From: a virus
Lineage: Duplodnaviria; Caudoviricetes
Direction: 5' to 3' (one strand)
Length of the DNA stretch: 64,000 nucleotides
Virus record (IMG/VR): IMGVR_UViG_3300048796_000029
Span: 8,326 to 72,325 of that record
Made by a program: the position numbers and the translations under genes. Below the pieces are notes generated by a model. It had not been told where the DNA came from and did no database searches. It saw only the letters and a list, made by a program, of their open reading frames with translations. Below, piece by piece: positions 45,578 through 55,617 of this stretch (within the stretch, counting starts at the first letter, position 1; every line of letters begins with the position of its first letter).

Positions 45578-45884
45578 TTGCCCCCTTCAAGTTGAAGTCT
45601 GTGTAGAAGCTCTTCGCCATGTTTTCGAGATACTTCATCATCTCGTCTCCACGCTCTGCTTCCGGCCCTTCAATGGAAGCGTGGTCACGCGCTACGCTGT
45701 AGCACATCACCAGCTTGCCATCCCTACGTTCGATCCACAGCACCAAGTACCCTGCCGCGTCTTGCACATCCAGAGGATAAGGGATTGCCTCCCGGTTCTC
45801 CATGTCTGGATAGTCGATTCGTATTTTCATCGTTCTCCTTACGCCTTCAACAACCGCACAGGATTTAAGCCCATGCGTAACCAC
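45567..45884 (-). CDS. Hypothetical protein
   Basis: ORF in operon context; true start probably MKIRIDY. Confidence 0.45.
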   Translation of the reverse strand: MVTHGLKSCAVVEGVRRTMKIRIDYPDMENREAIPYPLDVQDAAGYLVLWIERRDGKLVMCYSVARDHASIEGPEAERGDEMMKYLENMAKSFYTDFNLKGANGR

Positions 45885-46120
45885 TGAGCAAACGCGTCGT
45901 CACACGAGACCTCCGACGTTGCCAAGAGACCGTCCGACTCGAAGCCGGAAACGAAGTAGTACCGCCCTTTGGGATCAACCTCTGTCGAGTACACGCAGTC
46001 CTCGGGTTCGGTAATCACGTTGTCAACGACTGGCGGGGCTGCCAGCGGGTTTATCTGCTCGGGCTTTGCGGGTGCGCACCCTACGAACAGGAGCGACAGG
46101 AACAACAATACTTTCTTCAT
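45839..46120 (-). CDS. Putative lipoprotein
   Basis: MKKVLLFLSLLFVG-C lipobox-like signal. Confidence 0.55.
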   Translation of the reverse strand: MKKVLLFLSLLFVGCAPAKPEQINPLAAPPVVDNVITEPEDCVYSTEVDPKGRYYFVSGFESDGLLATSEVSCDDAFAQWLRMGLNPVRLLKA

Positions 46121-46481
46121 TCAGCCTCCTGATTAGTTTCGCTCTCTTCTTTGATCCAACCTTGCCCGGCGCGGAATACCGTGGCGCTCCGAGTACAGCG
46201 GTGAACGGCGGGTTAGTCAAGTATGCTGCCGCCGCTATGATCTTGTCAATGTCATCCCTGAATCCGCCGATGGCCCGGTTACAATGCCAGCAAAGGAGTC
46301 CTCGGAGGAGTCCGTCTAGGTGCCGGTGGTCAATCGCCAACCGTGTCTTGAAGTCTGTTACTGGGCGCTTGCATATGGCACAACGGTGCTTTTGATAGGA
46401 CAACACCGCTTCGTACTCGGCTAGAGTTATATGGTATTCGCGTTTGAGTCGAGACTCTCTTGCCTTGTCCGCACTTGTCAC
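46023..46481 (-). CDS. Endonuclease VII-like protein
   Basis: QKHRCAICKR..IDHRHLDGLLRGLLCWHCN. Confidence 0.8.
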   Translation of the reverse strand: MTSADKARESRLKREYHITLAEYEAVLSYQKHRCAICKRPVTDFKTRLAIDHRHLDGLLRGLLCWHCNRAIGGFRDDIDKIIAAAAYLTNPPFTAVLGAPRYSAPGKVGSKKRAKLIRRLNEESIVVPVAPVRRVRTRKARADKPAGSPASR

Positions 46482-46996
46482 TTCTTAGACTTTCGCTTCG
46501 GTGCCGGTACCTTGCGTGAAAAATAACCGAGGTCGATGAACCGGAAGTCACCCAGCTTACCCTTGCCGACGTTCCAGATGTGCAGGTCGCAATACTTGCC
46601 CATTGCCGCGCCCGCCAGCTTGCCCAGTTCGGCGACCCTCTTGTGGTCAGGCTTGGCGACCGCCCGATACTCTGGCATAAGGATCATCCCAGTCCGCGCA
46701 TTGTACGCCAGAATCTCAGGCATGTAAAGCTGCATGTTCACGTAGCGCCGCTTCGACGCCATGATCCTGCGATAGGCCCGCATCTCACCTTGGGAATGCC
46801 TGCGCCCCTTCGCACCGATGGGCACCTTGACGACGAGTTTTGTGCCAACAATTCTGTAGACATTCCTGAACAGGCCGCCGCCGACGTACTTCAGCGTGTA
46901 CCCGTGTTGCAGGAGGTCAACCTCGTTGCTCAGGTTGTAGCGCCGTACGGTATCTCGTACCGACGCTACATCCAATTCCAGCTTCATCTTGACCAT
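46478..46996 (-). CDS. Protein-kinase-like fold protein
   Basis: GGGLFRNVY (Gly loop), VVKVP, E, DLHIWNV (catalytic loop), IDLG. Confidence 0.6.
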   Translation of the reverse strand: MVKMKLELDVASVRDTVRRYNLSNEVDLLQHGYTLKYVGGGLFRNVYRIVGTKLVVKVPIGAKGRRHSQGEMRAYRRIMASKRRYVNMQLYMPEILAYNARTGMILMPEYRAVAKPDHKRVAELGKLAGAAMGKYCDLHIWNVGKGKLGDFRFIDLGYFSRKVPAPKRKSKK

Positions 46997-49900
46997 TAGA
47001 CTGTTATCTCTCCGCCGTCCTCCGCCGATACTGCGCTTTGAGGCGCTACGGGGGTCACAGCAGCCTCGGGCGCTTTGCCGGGGGCGATGGGTGGTTGAGC
47101 CAGCGCCGGGGCCGTGGCAGCCTTCAGAGCGGCAATCTTAGACCCTTGGTCTTCGACCTTGTGGGAGTCCTTGATCTTACTCTTGATGGTTTCGTTCCGT
47201 TCAAGCACCGTGCTCCGGGCACCGTCATACTCCAGCGTCGTCGTGCCGCCCTGCGAATACCGGGTCAGCCCAGCCGTGACAACCATCCCAGTCTCGAAAG
47301 CGCCGTCGCTCTCGATGTGCTGCAACTGGTCAAACTGTTCCTGCGTAAGTTCCGCCTTGCGGTTCCGGTGGAGGGTGACCATGCAGTCGCAATCCTTGGC
47401 GATCTGCGAGGAGCCGTCCACGTTGTCAGTGGTGACCATCTTGCCAACCATGATGCGGTGAGGTTGAAGGATGCGGATCATCTGGATGTTGTAATCCTTG
47501 GCGATCTGCGATGTCACCTTACTGATCTGCGACAGGTGCTCAGTTCGATTCGTACCCTTGGCCGATGACGTGGTGTCAGCAAGCCGTTGGATGTTGTCGA
47601 TCATGATCCACTTGACGCCGTACCGCCTGATGCAGTCCTTCATCAGGTCGTAAATCTCTTCCTTGGTGCTGTACTTCGGATAGCAGAAGTAGAGCGTCCC
47701 CTTTCGTTCCCCGGCCATTGCCTGCACCTTGGGGATGGCGTCCATGAACTGATCCTTCAGGAACGTCGCTTCCTCTGACGACTTGGGGATGTTGTCTTCG
47801 ATCCCGGTGACGTGGCAAATCCACTTCCGGGCCATACGTGCCCGCGTCATTTCGAGGCAGATGATGACACCATCCTCGCCGTACGCGGAGACCATGTGCT
47901 CCATGATGTTCAGGCCGAAGGTCGTGTTGTGGGTAACGATGAAGTCGTCTGTAATGTACAGCTTTGACGGATGGCTCACCGAGATGCATACTGCCTCATG
48001 CTCACCTACATATTCAATTTTCTCGAAAGTCAATCTAGGATCGTTTGTGCCATCTTTCTGGTTTACCAACTTACGCTTCCGTTCCAATGAAAACACATCC
48101 CTTCGCACCGCAGCCGGAAAACGCGCCACAATTATATAAGCGTCTTGACCTGTGCGAAGTTCTCCTTTGTATCGAAAGGATTTATTCTGTGGTTTACCTA
48201 CTTTAGCAAGTCCTCCAAGAGACCGCACAAGGTATACAAAGTCTTCGGCAAGTTGCTTGCTTATGGTGCAGTAAGACGGCGTTCCATTCTTATTGCCAGC
48301 GGTGCCATCCGTGTCCATAAGACCGCGGAGAAGCTCCCAACGTGATTCCTTATCTGCCTCTAGGTAAACCTTTGGAATGAACTTTGAGTTAGCCTTGTGG
48401 CCCCATAGACCTAACTTTCGTAGCGCCTCGGTAGTGGAATTGCCTAGCTCCCCACCACTCACCATAAATTTCTTCAATGTTTGTGATGAGGCTTTGACAT
48501 GACCGTTCTTCCAAGTATCCCTGTGGATACCCGTAGCGTTGAGTACGTCTCCCCTCTCTGCTACTTTTTTTTCCAACTTCCGCGCCATATACTCATCCAC
48601 CGTGGTGAAAGAAGGACTCCCACCTACAAATGAACCGTCACCAATAAGAGCGCCTAGCGCCCAAGGATCAATTGGTAGGGTTGCAGAGCATCCGTAATCC
48701 CCCGATGCCAGAGGAATATGTACCTTGCTATGGTGCCTACCATTGCAGTGATCTTGTTGGATACCGTCTGTAGTCATAACACGAGGGCCGTTTTCCCACG
48801 GATTCACCCCGTCAACCTGCCATAGGTGGGGTTTGCCCGCCAATACAGAACGACCATCGGCAAAGGAGCACCGCATAATAGGTTGTACTCCCTGTGGATA
48901 AACACCTGTGACATAAGATTCTTTTCCATCTATGGAAGCCACTTGGTCTCCCACCACAAGGTCTCTAATCATTTTCTTGGAACCGTCTCTCATTATTATG
49001 TAAGTTGTTGATTCTAAAAACTTGCCTACCTTCTCTGGCGCTAGGATGTCGATGACATCGCCCTCGTCAATTCCCAACACCTTGTTGAGTGTCGGCCAAG
49101 CCGTCTGGTACTTCGGTTCGACACCGTTGCCCAGAAGGTCTTCGTAGAACTCTTGGACGGAATCGTGTGATGATGCTACACCGTCAACGTCGAAGAGTCG
49201 TGCATCCTCTTTGAGCTTCTGAAGCGCCTCAGCCGTGCCCCCACCAGACACAAACCACTCGTTGAGGTCTTTGCCTTTGCGGTGCTTTCCTTCGTCCGTG
49301 ACCACATCGAAGTCCGGCAGCACGATCTTCCAGCACTTCTCAATGCCGATTCGCGCTGCCAAAGTCTGCGCTGCCTTCTGACCAACCTTGTCCTTGTCGT
49401 AACAGATGTATACCTTCTCCACGCCTATTCTGTCAAGCGTGTCGATCCAGTCGGCCTTCTTGAAGTTCGCGCCGGGGACGCCGCAAATGTCAGTGACACC
49501 GTGATCCAGCGCCGCGATGCAGTTCGCCTCGCCCTCGACAAAGAAGACCTCCTTCAAACCTTCGCGCAGTATCTCGCCGTTGTAGAGAGGAACGTCCCAG
49601 CCCTTCAGACTGGAGAATGCCTTCGGCACTTTACCCGGTTGACCAACAATCGGTAGGGTGCGGAAGTGCATGAAGACGGCATTCTGGTTTACCAAGTAAG
49701 GATACACCAACGCCCGAACTTCACCGCATTCACGAAAGTATCTCTTGGTGAGACCTAACTTCTGCTTTTCAACGATCTCACGAGAGAACCCTCTACCATT
49801 TATAAGGTAGTCCATCGCAGGATCATCGGCCAGCAGAGCTTCGTGCATGGCTTCAAAGTCAGGCATCTCCTCCATCTTAGAGGATTCGCCCTTGCTTCCG

Positions 49901-50217
49901 CCGTAGCTAGACGTGCTCTCCATCGCCGGGTTCACCAGCTTCAGCTTGTCTTTCAGGCTGAATAGGTTCCCACCCTTGCCGCAGTGGTGGCACATGTGCA
50001 GGCCGTCGCGGTTCTGATCTGCATCTCCCGCGCCGTGAATCTCCATGCGGAAGTGGTAATTTGAATGTTTACAGTAAGGACAAGCCTCAATCTCTATGTT
50101 AGGAGACGATGCTTCCCGGTAAGTCCAGCCTTGGGACATCACAAGCTGGAACGCCGGACTTCCTTGATATTCTGCTGGTATGCTCATCGTCTCCTGTGTT
50201 TTCTTTTTTTCATCCAA
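46996..50217 (-). CDS. Primase-helicase (Zn finger, Toprim, SF4 helicase) containing an intein
   Basis: CPYC..CHHC, VEGEANC, YDKD; Walker A APEKVGK|T split by the intein; IDNIQ Walker B. Confidence 0.85.
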   Translation of the reverse strand: MDEKKKTQETMSIPAEYQGSPAFQLVMSQGWTYREASSPNIEIEACPYCKHSNYHFRMEIHGAGDADQNRDGLHMCHHCGKGGNLFSLKDKLKLVNPAMESTSSYGGSKGESSKMEEMPDFEAMHEALLADDPAMDYLINGRGFSREIVEKQKLGLTKRYFRECGEVRALVYPYLVNQNAVFMHFRTLPIVGQPGKVPKAFSSLKGWDVPLYNGEILREGLKEVFFVEGEANCIAALDHGVTDICGVPGANFKKADWIDTLDRIGVEKVYICYDKDKVGQKAAQTLAARIGIEKCWKIVLPDFDVVTDEGKHRKGKDLNEWFVSGGGTAEALQKLKEDARLFDVDGVASSHDSVQEFYEDLLGNGVEPKYQTAWPTLNKVLGIDEGDVIDILAPEKVGKFLESTTYIIMRDGSKKMIRDLVVGDQVASIDGKESYVTGVYPQGVQPIMRCSFADGRSVLAGKPHLWQVDGVNPWENGPRVMTTDGIQQDHCNGRHHSKVHIPLASGDYGCSATLPIDPWALGALIGDGSFVGGSPSFTTVDEYMARKLEKKVAERGDVLNATGIHRDTWKNGHVKASSQTLKKFMVSGGELGNSTTEALRKLGLWGHKANSKFIPKVYLEADKESRWELLRGLMDTDGTAGNKNGTPSYCTISKQLAEDFVYLVRSLGGLAKVGKPQNKSFRYKGELRTGQDAYIIVARFPAAVRRDVFSLERKRKLVNQKDGTNDPRLTFEKIEYVGEHEAVCISVSHPSKLYITDDFIVTHNTTFGLNIMEHMVSAYGEDGVIICLEMTRARMARKWICHVTGIEDNIPKSSEEATFLKDQFMDAIPKVQAMAGERKGTLYFCYPKYSTKEEIYDLMKDCIRRYGVKWIMIDNIQRLADTTSSAKGTNRTEHLSQISKVTSQIAKDYNIQMIRILQPHRIMVGKMVTTDNVDGSSQIAKDCDCMVTLHRNRKAELTQEQFDQLQHIESDGAFETGMVVTAGLTRYSQGGTTTLEYDGARSTVLERNETIKSKIKDSHKVEDQGSKIAALKAATAPALAQPPIAPGKAPEAAVTPVAPQSAVSAEDGGEITV
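47926..49020 (-). mobile_element. Intein (365 aa) with LAGLIDADG domain; class 3 signature
   Basis: Inserted at GK|T; begins FLESTT..RDLVVGD; LGALIGDG and LRGLMDTDG; ends AVCISV..IVTHN/T. Confidence 0.85.
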
Positions 50218-50744
50218 GAGACTATCTGCACAATCTCTTGAAGTGAGGCATCACCCTTTATCCTGTTAGCTCTCTTAGAGATAACGGTAATGTTTTCGGG
50301 AATGTAGCCTAGTTCAGGTATGAATTTGTCCACGGTAGGAGAGTTGTCTGTAGCGTGTTTGCCGTAAGAGAACTTCAACGGTATGCCCAGAACTGGACAA
50401 AATTCAGGAACCATTATGTCTTCAGATGTGATGGAGAAGGGCAAGCCCTCCAGCTTGGCCCTTCTCCTAGCCAGTATACACAAGTAGTTGCCGGGACTTT
50501 TGGCTTTACGTTCGTTGCGCTCCACAACAGTTCGCTTACCGTAGTCTCGTGCCTTCTTACGCTGACTCTCAAGATTATTCCAATAGTACAGCTTTGCTAG
50601 TTCAGCCTTGCAAGGTCTGCACCATGAGTCTAGGCCGTCTTTCTTTCTGGGATGAAAATTGAACAAAGATGTGTCTTGCTCTTTTTGGCATTTAGTACAC
50701 ACCTTGGTAATCCCAGTGATGGGTCTTTTAGACTTTACCATCAA
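50184..50744 (-). CDS. HNH-type endonuclease
   Basis: CTKC..CRPC, CPVLG, SPTVDKFIPELGYIPENITVISKRAN..K. Confidence 0.75.
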   Translation of the reverse strand: MMVKSKRPITGITKVCTKCQKEQDTSLFNFHPRKKDGLDSWCRPCKAELAKLYYWNNLESQRKKARDYGKRTVVERNERKAKSPGNYLCILARRRAKLEGLPFSITSEDIMVPEFCPVLGIPLKFSYGKHATDNSPTVDKFIPELGYIPENITVISKRANRIKGDASLQEIVQIVSWMKKRKHRRR

Positions 50745-51984
50745 CCTCCAAGAATTTGTTGGAAACTAACTTCAACTGCACCCTTCCCAGACCCTTCGCG
50801 TGACGGCCAACGATGGGCTTGGCGACCACACCTTCGCGGATGTGACGAGCGCCTGGCACCAGCGAGTTGCCTGTTGCCTTGTCCTCCAGAATCTCCTTAG
50901 AGAACGGCCCGAAGTAGAGGAACGGGACGCGCCGCGTGTCGGAAGGACGGAAGTCGTACTCAGTAAAGTCATTGAAGTCCACCCACTTGTTCTCGGGGGT
51001 GAAGATGTCGAATACGAAAAACTTGACATCGCCGGGCTTGCAGCCGTAATTGAACTTCGCCTGTGTCGGAGTGACTTCGCCGTAAAGTGCGTGGCCGGGG
51101 AACTTCTTCAGCCACTCCTCGATCCACGGGTTCTGCTCCAATGCTTTGTGCCACACCGTTCCGGTGCCGGGAGCCTTCCACTGGTTTCGGGAGCCGACGT
51201 ATATCACACCGTCGAGACAGATGAACCGGGCGTTCGACCCATGAATCTTCTCGGTCATGACGACGGTCTCGCCTTCTTGCAGGGCGTCCTTGTAGTTCTT
51301 GTAGCCCTCCACGTCGTACACCGGGAGATGGAAGCTCACGTCCTGCGTGAGGTCATCGCGGCGGTTCGGATGGAAGGTGATCCGACGCCAGATGAAGTTG
51401 AACCATCCACGAAGAGTTCGCGGGTAGCGACGCTTCTTCACCTTCGGCGCGTTGGCGGTCTCGCCCTTGGTGCTCTGTTTGTCCGCGTCTGGGTCGTAGT
51501 GCGTGATGCCGAGAAGCTCGGACACGTCGTATCCGGGTACGAGTACGACACTTTTATTGAACGATGGAAAGGTAACTCTTCGCACCGGAGGATTCACACT
51601 ATTGTCCCACCCTCCACCGTAAGGATAAAAGTAGTTATCATCTTGGGTTCCGAAGTCGGAGAGAGGAAGCAGTAGACCTTCCGACCACTGACCACGGAAC
51701 TTGCGAACGGTTATCCTACGCCGTTTCTCAGGAACCGTACCGTCAAGTCCAATGTGGTCATTCCAGATGAAGCGGAACGCCTCGGTCTGAGGAACCACAC
51801 TGTCAGGTTGAATGTAGACTGCCAAGTCCCCAACTTTGAACTGATCTTTGCGGACAACGACTTGGTAGTTCTCCACGTCGATCAGTTCGAGGTTGGTGGT
51901 GTCCGGGTCGGGGTGAGGGCGGAACATGCTTGCGGCAAGCAGCACGACAGGTGCCCGGTGGTTGGCTTTCTTCTCTTCAGTCAT
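50728..51984 (-). CDS. RNA ligase (Rnl2/DRB0094-like) with N-terminal OB-like domain
   Basis: TEKIHGSN (motif I), YGE, FFVFDI, REGVV, LK. Confidence 0.8.
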   Translation of the reverse strand: MTEEKKANHRAPVVLLAASMFRPHPDPDTTNLELIDVENYQVVVRKDQFKVGDLAVYIQPDSVVPQTEAFRFIWNDHIGLDGTVPEKRRRITVRKFRGQWSEGLLLPLSDFGTQDDNYFYPYGGGWDNSVNPPVRRVTFPSFNKSVVLVPGYDVSELLGITHYDPDADKQSTKGETANAPKVKKRRYPRTLRGWFNFIWRRITFHPNRRDDLTQDVSFHLPVYDVEGYKNYKDALQEGETVVMTEKIHGSNARFICLDGVIYVGSRNQWKAPGTGTVWHKALEQNPWIEEWLKKFPGHALYGEVTPTQAKFNYGCKPGDVKFFVFDIFTPENKWVDFNDFTEYDFRPSDTRRVPFLYFGPFSKEILEDKATGNSLVPGARHIREGVVAKPIVGRHAKGLGRVQLKLVSNKFLEVDGKV

Positions 51985-52148
51985 GATTGAATCCTCTTTA
52001 CAAATTCCAAAAATGATTGCAATACATCCGGTTCAAGGAAAACTTTATTGGTAATCTGTTCCCCGTTTGAAGTGTAGAGCATGACGGCCCCGTCATAGAA
52101 AGACTCCGCGTATGCTCCGTCTCCCAAGTATGTTTTTTCAATACTCAT
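51981..52148 (-). CDS. Small hypothetical protein
   Basis: MSIEKTYLGDGAYA..; ATGA coupling to the ligase gene. Confidence 0.55.
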   Translation of the reverse strand: MSIEKTYLGDGAYAESFYDGAVMLYTSNGEQITNKVFLEPDVLQSFLEFVKRIQS

Positions 52149-52471
52149 TGAATCCTCGGTTTGCTGTGTTGATGAAACAGTTGGAACCCGATCTTTGTTA
52201 CAGTATACACCCGGTAGGGACGTTTTGTCAAGCCCTCCTCGGTCTGCACCTTCAGGACACGATCAAGACTCGACACATAGTCCGTCGTCGAATCCTTCAT
52301 GAAGCCAAGCGTCACGAGGTCTCCGATCATAGCAAGGTTCTCTTCGATGACAGCCTTATTCTCGCCACCATCTTCGGGAGACAATCCGGCGACTAGCAAG
52401 AAGCGGGCCTCACCCTCGGTGAGTTGCTTCATCTTATCGCACTGAGTTTGGCACATCTGGTAGAACGCCAC
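52145..52471 (-). CDS. Hypothetical protein
   Basis: ORF in operon; true start probably MKQLTEG. Confidence 0.45.
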   Translation of the reverse strand: MAFYQMCQTQCDKMKQLTEGEARFLLVAGLSPEDGGENKAVIEENLAMIGDLVTLGFMKDSTTDYVSSLDRVLKVQTEEGLTKRPYRVYTVTKIGFQLFHQHSKPRIQ

Positions 52472-52697
52472 TTTTGGTCTCCTTGTAGACTCGCACTGCC
52501 CTGTGAAGCTCGAACTCGGCCCGCACTGCGTTCTGTGCGATACCGATCAAGTCGATGGCGTTTACGTCAGCCCTCGACACATTGCGCTTGAGCAAGTAGT
52601 TCTGCACCCGCGTCAGTTGATAAATCGCGTAGCTCAGTTGATGTTCTGGCCCCATTATAATCTCCTTGCCCAATCTCCTAGCAGCATTAGGTGTCAC
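52434..52697 (-). CDS. Hypothetical protein
   Basis: 87-aa ORF. Confidence 0.4.
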   Translation of the reverse strand: MTPNAARRLGKEIIMGPEHQLSYAIYQLTRVQNYLLKRNVSRADVNAIDLIGIAQNAVRAEFELHRAVRVYKETKSGVLPDVPNSVR

Positions 52698-54346
52698 GCC
52701 TTCCCAGCAAGATATGAACCGATTATACGGCTGGCAGCGCCTTTAGTCAAGTCTGGAGGAATTGCCTTCCCCTTGTAAAACTTCTTCAGGGTTTTCAACT
52801 GACCCTCCGTTGCCGGGTCTCCGTGCCACTTCTCTTCCCTATTCAAAATCTTCAGGGCTTCAGGGCAAGTCTTCTGTACCAGACCGTCAGCCGCAGAGAA
52901 GATTTCATCGAGCGATTCACGATCCCCTCTGTACTTCTTTCCCTTGATGGTACCGAATACTTCCCATTTGTCAAGAAGGTTTTGTTCGATCTTCAGAACG
53001 TCCTTGTCGGGCAGCATCAGGGTATAGCCACCTGTTGCCGAAGGATACCAACTCAATTTGGAGTTCTCGGTTACCGTCTCGTCGAAGTGTATCTCGAACA
53101 AGTTTACAGACTGAATGTACGACTGCAACTGCGATATATCTGGCAGCGTGTTGAAGTCGATGTGTGGGAAATCCTTCTGTGCCTGCTCAAGTTGTTTCAC
53201 AGACTCAAAGAGACTCTGCCCCTTCAGGTCTAGGCTGGCAGACATACCGAAGAGGGTGGGGACAGTCAAGAGGGTGTTCTTCTTATAGGCATCCACCACA
53301 TCTATGACCAGAAGGAACTTCTTGCCTTCAAAAAGGCGTGTCCCGCGTCCAACTGCCTGCGCAAAGAACACTCCGCTGCGTGTGGGTCGGGCCAGTACGA
53401 TGCAGGCAACTGCCGGGCAATCCCATCCCTCAGTGAGAACTCCACAATTCGTTAGGACTTCAGTCTTACCGGACTCAAGTCGAGCTATCTTGGCAGAGCG
53501 ATCAGGGTCGTCTCCCCAAACAGCTTCAGCCTTGACACCGTACTCGCAGAGCATGTCAGCAAGGTCTTGGGCATGTTTGATGTCAACCGTAAACATGACG
53601 GTTTTTAGACCCTTGGCATTATCTAGCCATGCCTTAGCAATGAGTTGGTTGCGCCCCGGAGTGTTCACGGTGTTAGCAAGCTCTGTCTCATCGAATTTAC
53701 CACCTGTTGTCTTTACATAGTCTAGACAGGTGTTAGTGGTCACCCTGATGCCTTTTACGTCGGTAAGGTAGCCTTCTTCGATTGCTTGACGCATCCCATA
53801 ACTAAACACGATCTTGTCGTAGATGGCGTGTAAGCCTTCGCCGTTGCCTCGGGTCGGTGTGGCAGTGAAGCCTACGTGTAGCTTGTGCGTATCGGGACGA
53901 AGCACATCCGCGAGTTCATAGAGGTTCAGGTACGACGCAGCGGTCGAGTGGTGGCACTCATCGGTGATGACCTTGGTGATTTTGTCCCAATCGAAACGAG
54001 CGGCGCGTTTGGTACCCTTGCGCCCAAGCGTAGCCGTAGAAGCGACAATGATGTCGGCGTTCTCATCGCCCACGGCGGTGCCCATCTCCTTCGTCACAGT
54101 GACGTTAGGATTGTAGAGCTTCAGCTTCTTGACGTTCTGATCGAGAATCTCTTCACGGTGAATCAGAACAAGGGTCTGACCGGGCAGCACGTCCTTCATG
54201 ACTTCAGGGATGTGGGCAAAAGTAACAGTTTTCCCAGTACCGGTCGCCGCCACCGCCAACTGGCGGTGAACCCCTTTGGCGTAATTGTCCTTGATGGCTT
54301 CGAGGTTCTTAGTTTGGTATGGTCTTAGCATTATGAGGGTTTCCAT
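52694..54346 (-). CDS. SF2 DEAD/DEAH-like helicase
   Basis: LRPYQ, ATGTGKT, DECHH, TATP, TEGWDCP, QAVGRGTR. Confidence 0.9.
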   Translation of the reverse strand: METLIMLRPYQTKNLEAIKDNYAKGVHRQLAVAATGTGKTVTFAHIPEVMKDVLPGQTLVLIHREEILDQNVKKLKLYNPNVTVTKEMGTAVGDENADIIVASTATLGRKGTKRAARFDWDKITKVITDECHHSTAASYLNLYELADVLRPDTHKLHVGFTATPTRGNGEGLHAIYDKIVFSYGMRQAIEEGYLTDVKGIRVTTNTCLDYVKTTGGKFDETELANTVNTPGRNQLIAKAWLDNAKGLKTVMFTVDIKHAQDLADMLCEYGVKAEAVWGDDPDRSAKIARLESGKTEVLTNCGVLTEGWDCPAVACIVLARPTRSGVFFAQAVGRGTRLFEGKKFLLVIDVVDAYKKNTLLTVPTLFGMSASLDLKGQSLFESVKQLEQAQKDFPHIDFNTLPDISQLQSYIQSVNLFEIHFDETVTENSKLSWYPSATGGYTLMLPDKDVLKIEQNLLDKWEVFGTIKGKKYRGDRESLDEIFSAADGLVQKTCPEALKILNREEKWHGDPATEGQLKTLKKFYKGKAIPPDLTKGAASRIIGSYLAGKA

Positions 54347-54609
54347 CCCTTCAGCGCGATGAACTGCACATCCAAGTTGTCCGGCAGTAGTTCACGGACA
54401 ACGATCTTTAGCCTGCCCCCATGTACACCCTCGATGTGGCAGCAGTGGCACAAGGTAAGAAGGTTGTTCAAAGCGTCCGGCCCTTGGTGTGATTTATATA
54501 TCACATGGTGGGGATGGAGACCGTTTCTGTTATTGCAAAAACGGCAGCGAAAACCATCCCTTCTATAACAAGCCAACGCTATCTTAGGGTCAAGCAAACT
54601 CACAACCAA
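54331..54609 (-). CDS. Small HNH endonuclease
   Basis: RDGFRCRFC..HPHHV..G.D..NNLLTLC..CH. Confidence 0.8.
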   Translation of the reverse strand: MVVSLLDPKIALACYRRDGFRCRFCNNRNGLHPHHVIYKSHQGPDALNNLLTLCHCCHIEGVHGGRLKIVVRELLPDNLDVQFIALKGWKPS

Positions 54610-54947
54610 ACGTGCTCCGTTGGCGTCAAGACGCCCATCGTGAGCTTGATGTCGTCGGCGATCCTCTGCGCATCCTGCTCTCGGGAGAACCGGATTGCGT
54701 CCTCCACGTCAGTTGTCAGTATGGGCTTGCCACCGTTGACGATGTGGTTCAAGTACAATGGAGCGCCATCTTCTAACTTAGCCTCCAGCAGCCATGCGAT
54801 GTCTGGTACCACCATGTCAGCAGGGTAGGCAGCGCACGGGCCTTTGTGACCCTTCTTGCCGCCGCATATCCATCCCTTCGGGGGCTTTTGGCATGTGTTT
54901 GCAGTCTTACTCATCAGCTTCCTCTTCCGTGTCAACCAGCGATCCAT
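54600..54947 (-). CDS. Hypothetical protein
   Basis: True start probably MSKTANTC; C..KGHKGPC motif. Confidence 0.45.
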   Translation of the reverse strand: MDRWLTRKRKLMSKTANTCQKPPKGWICGGKKGHKGPCAAYPADMVVPDIAWLLEAKLEDGAPLYLNHIVNGGKPILTTDVEDAIRFSREQDAQRIADDIKLTMGVLTPTEHVWL

Positions 54948-55617
54948 TGTTAGCCGGATTGTTCAGGTACTCAACTGCAAGCATCTGCGCCGCGAACTCG
55001 TTGGATACATCCTTGCTCATACCATCGGAATCCTTACCTGCCGATCCCGCATTGTGCTTCGCAAGCTCTATGGCCTTGTCCCACTCGTTCTCAGCAACTT
55101 CTCTCTGGAACAGCAGGTTGCGCCACGTTTTGTCATTCTCCCCAACAATTCCTTTGAGAGTTCTAGTATGGGTTTTGAGCAAGTCCATACTTATAGCGTC
55201 TCCCTTTTCTACGAATCCTTTGATAAAATCTGCCAACGAGGTTTTGTTCAAGGTTTCAGGATTTGTCCATTCCCCTTTAGGATCAAGAGAAGTAATCACA
55301 CGAAGCCGGGTAAGACCCAGCGGCTCGTAAGTCGAACGCGGGATACCGACCGCGTTCATGACTTCTACCATCTTGACTAGATACTGGCTCTTGGACTCCT
55401 TCAACTTCAAAGTCTTTGCAAATTCACTGAAGGTACTAAAACCCCAACTAACATAGAAGCTCTTTGACTTAGCAGTGAAAAGAAGCTCAGCGATGTCGAA
55501 CTGTGATTTACTTGTGCCCTCGATCAGCGTCTCTAACTCTTTCCTTACTGAAGCAGATTCCCCTGCCACAGCCTCACCGTAAATTGCAGGCTGGCTTACA
55601 ATGCTGAACTCGTTCAT
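54907..55617 (-). CDS. Hypothetical protein
   Basis: 236-aa ORF. Confidence 0.6.
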   Translation of the reverse strand: MNEFSIVSQPAIYGEAVAGESASVRKELETLIEGTSKSQFDIAELLFTAKSKSFYVSWGFSTFSEFAKTLKLKESKSQYLVKMVEVMNAVGIPRSTYEPLGLTRLRVITSLDPKGEWTNPETLNKTSLADFIKGFVEKGDAISMDLLKTHTRTLKGIVGENDKTWRNLLFQREVAENEWDKAIELAKHNAGSAGKDSDGMSKDVSNEFAAQMLAVEYLNNPANNGSLVDTEEEADE

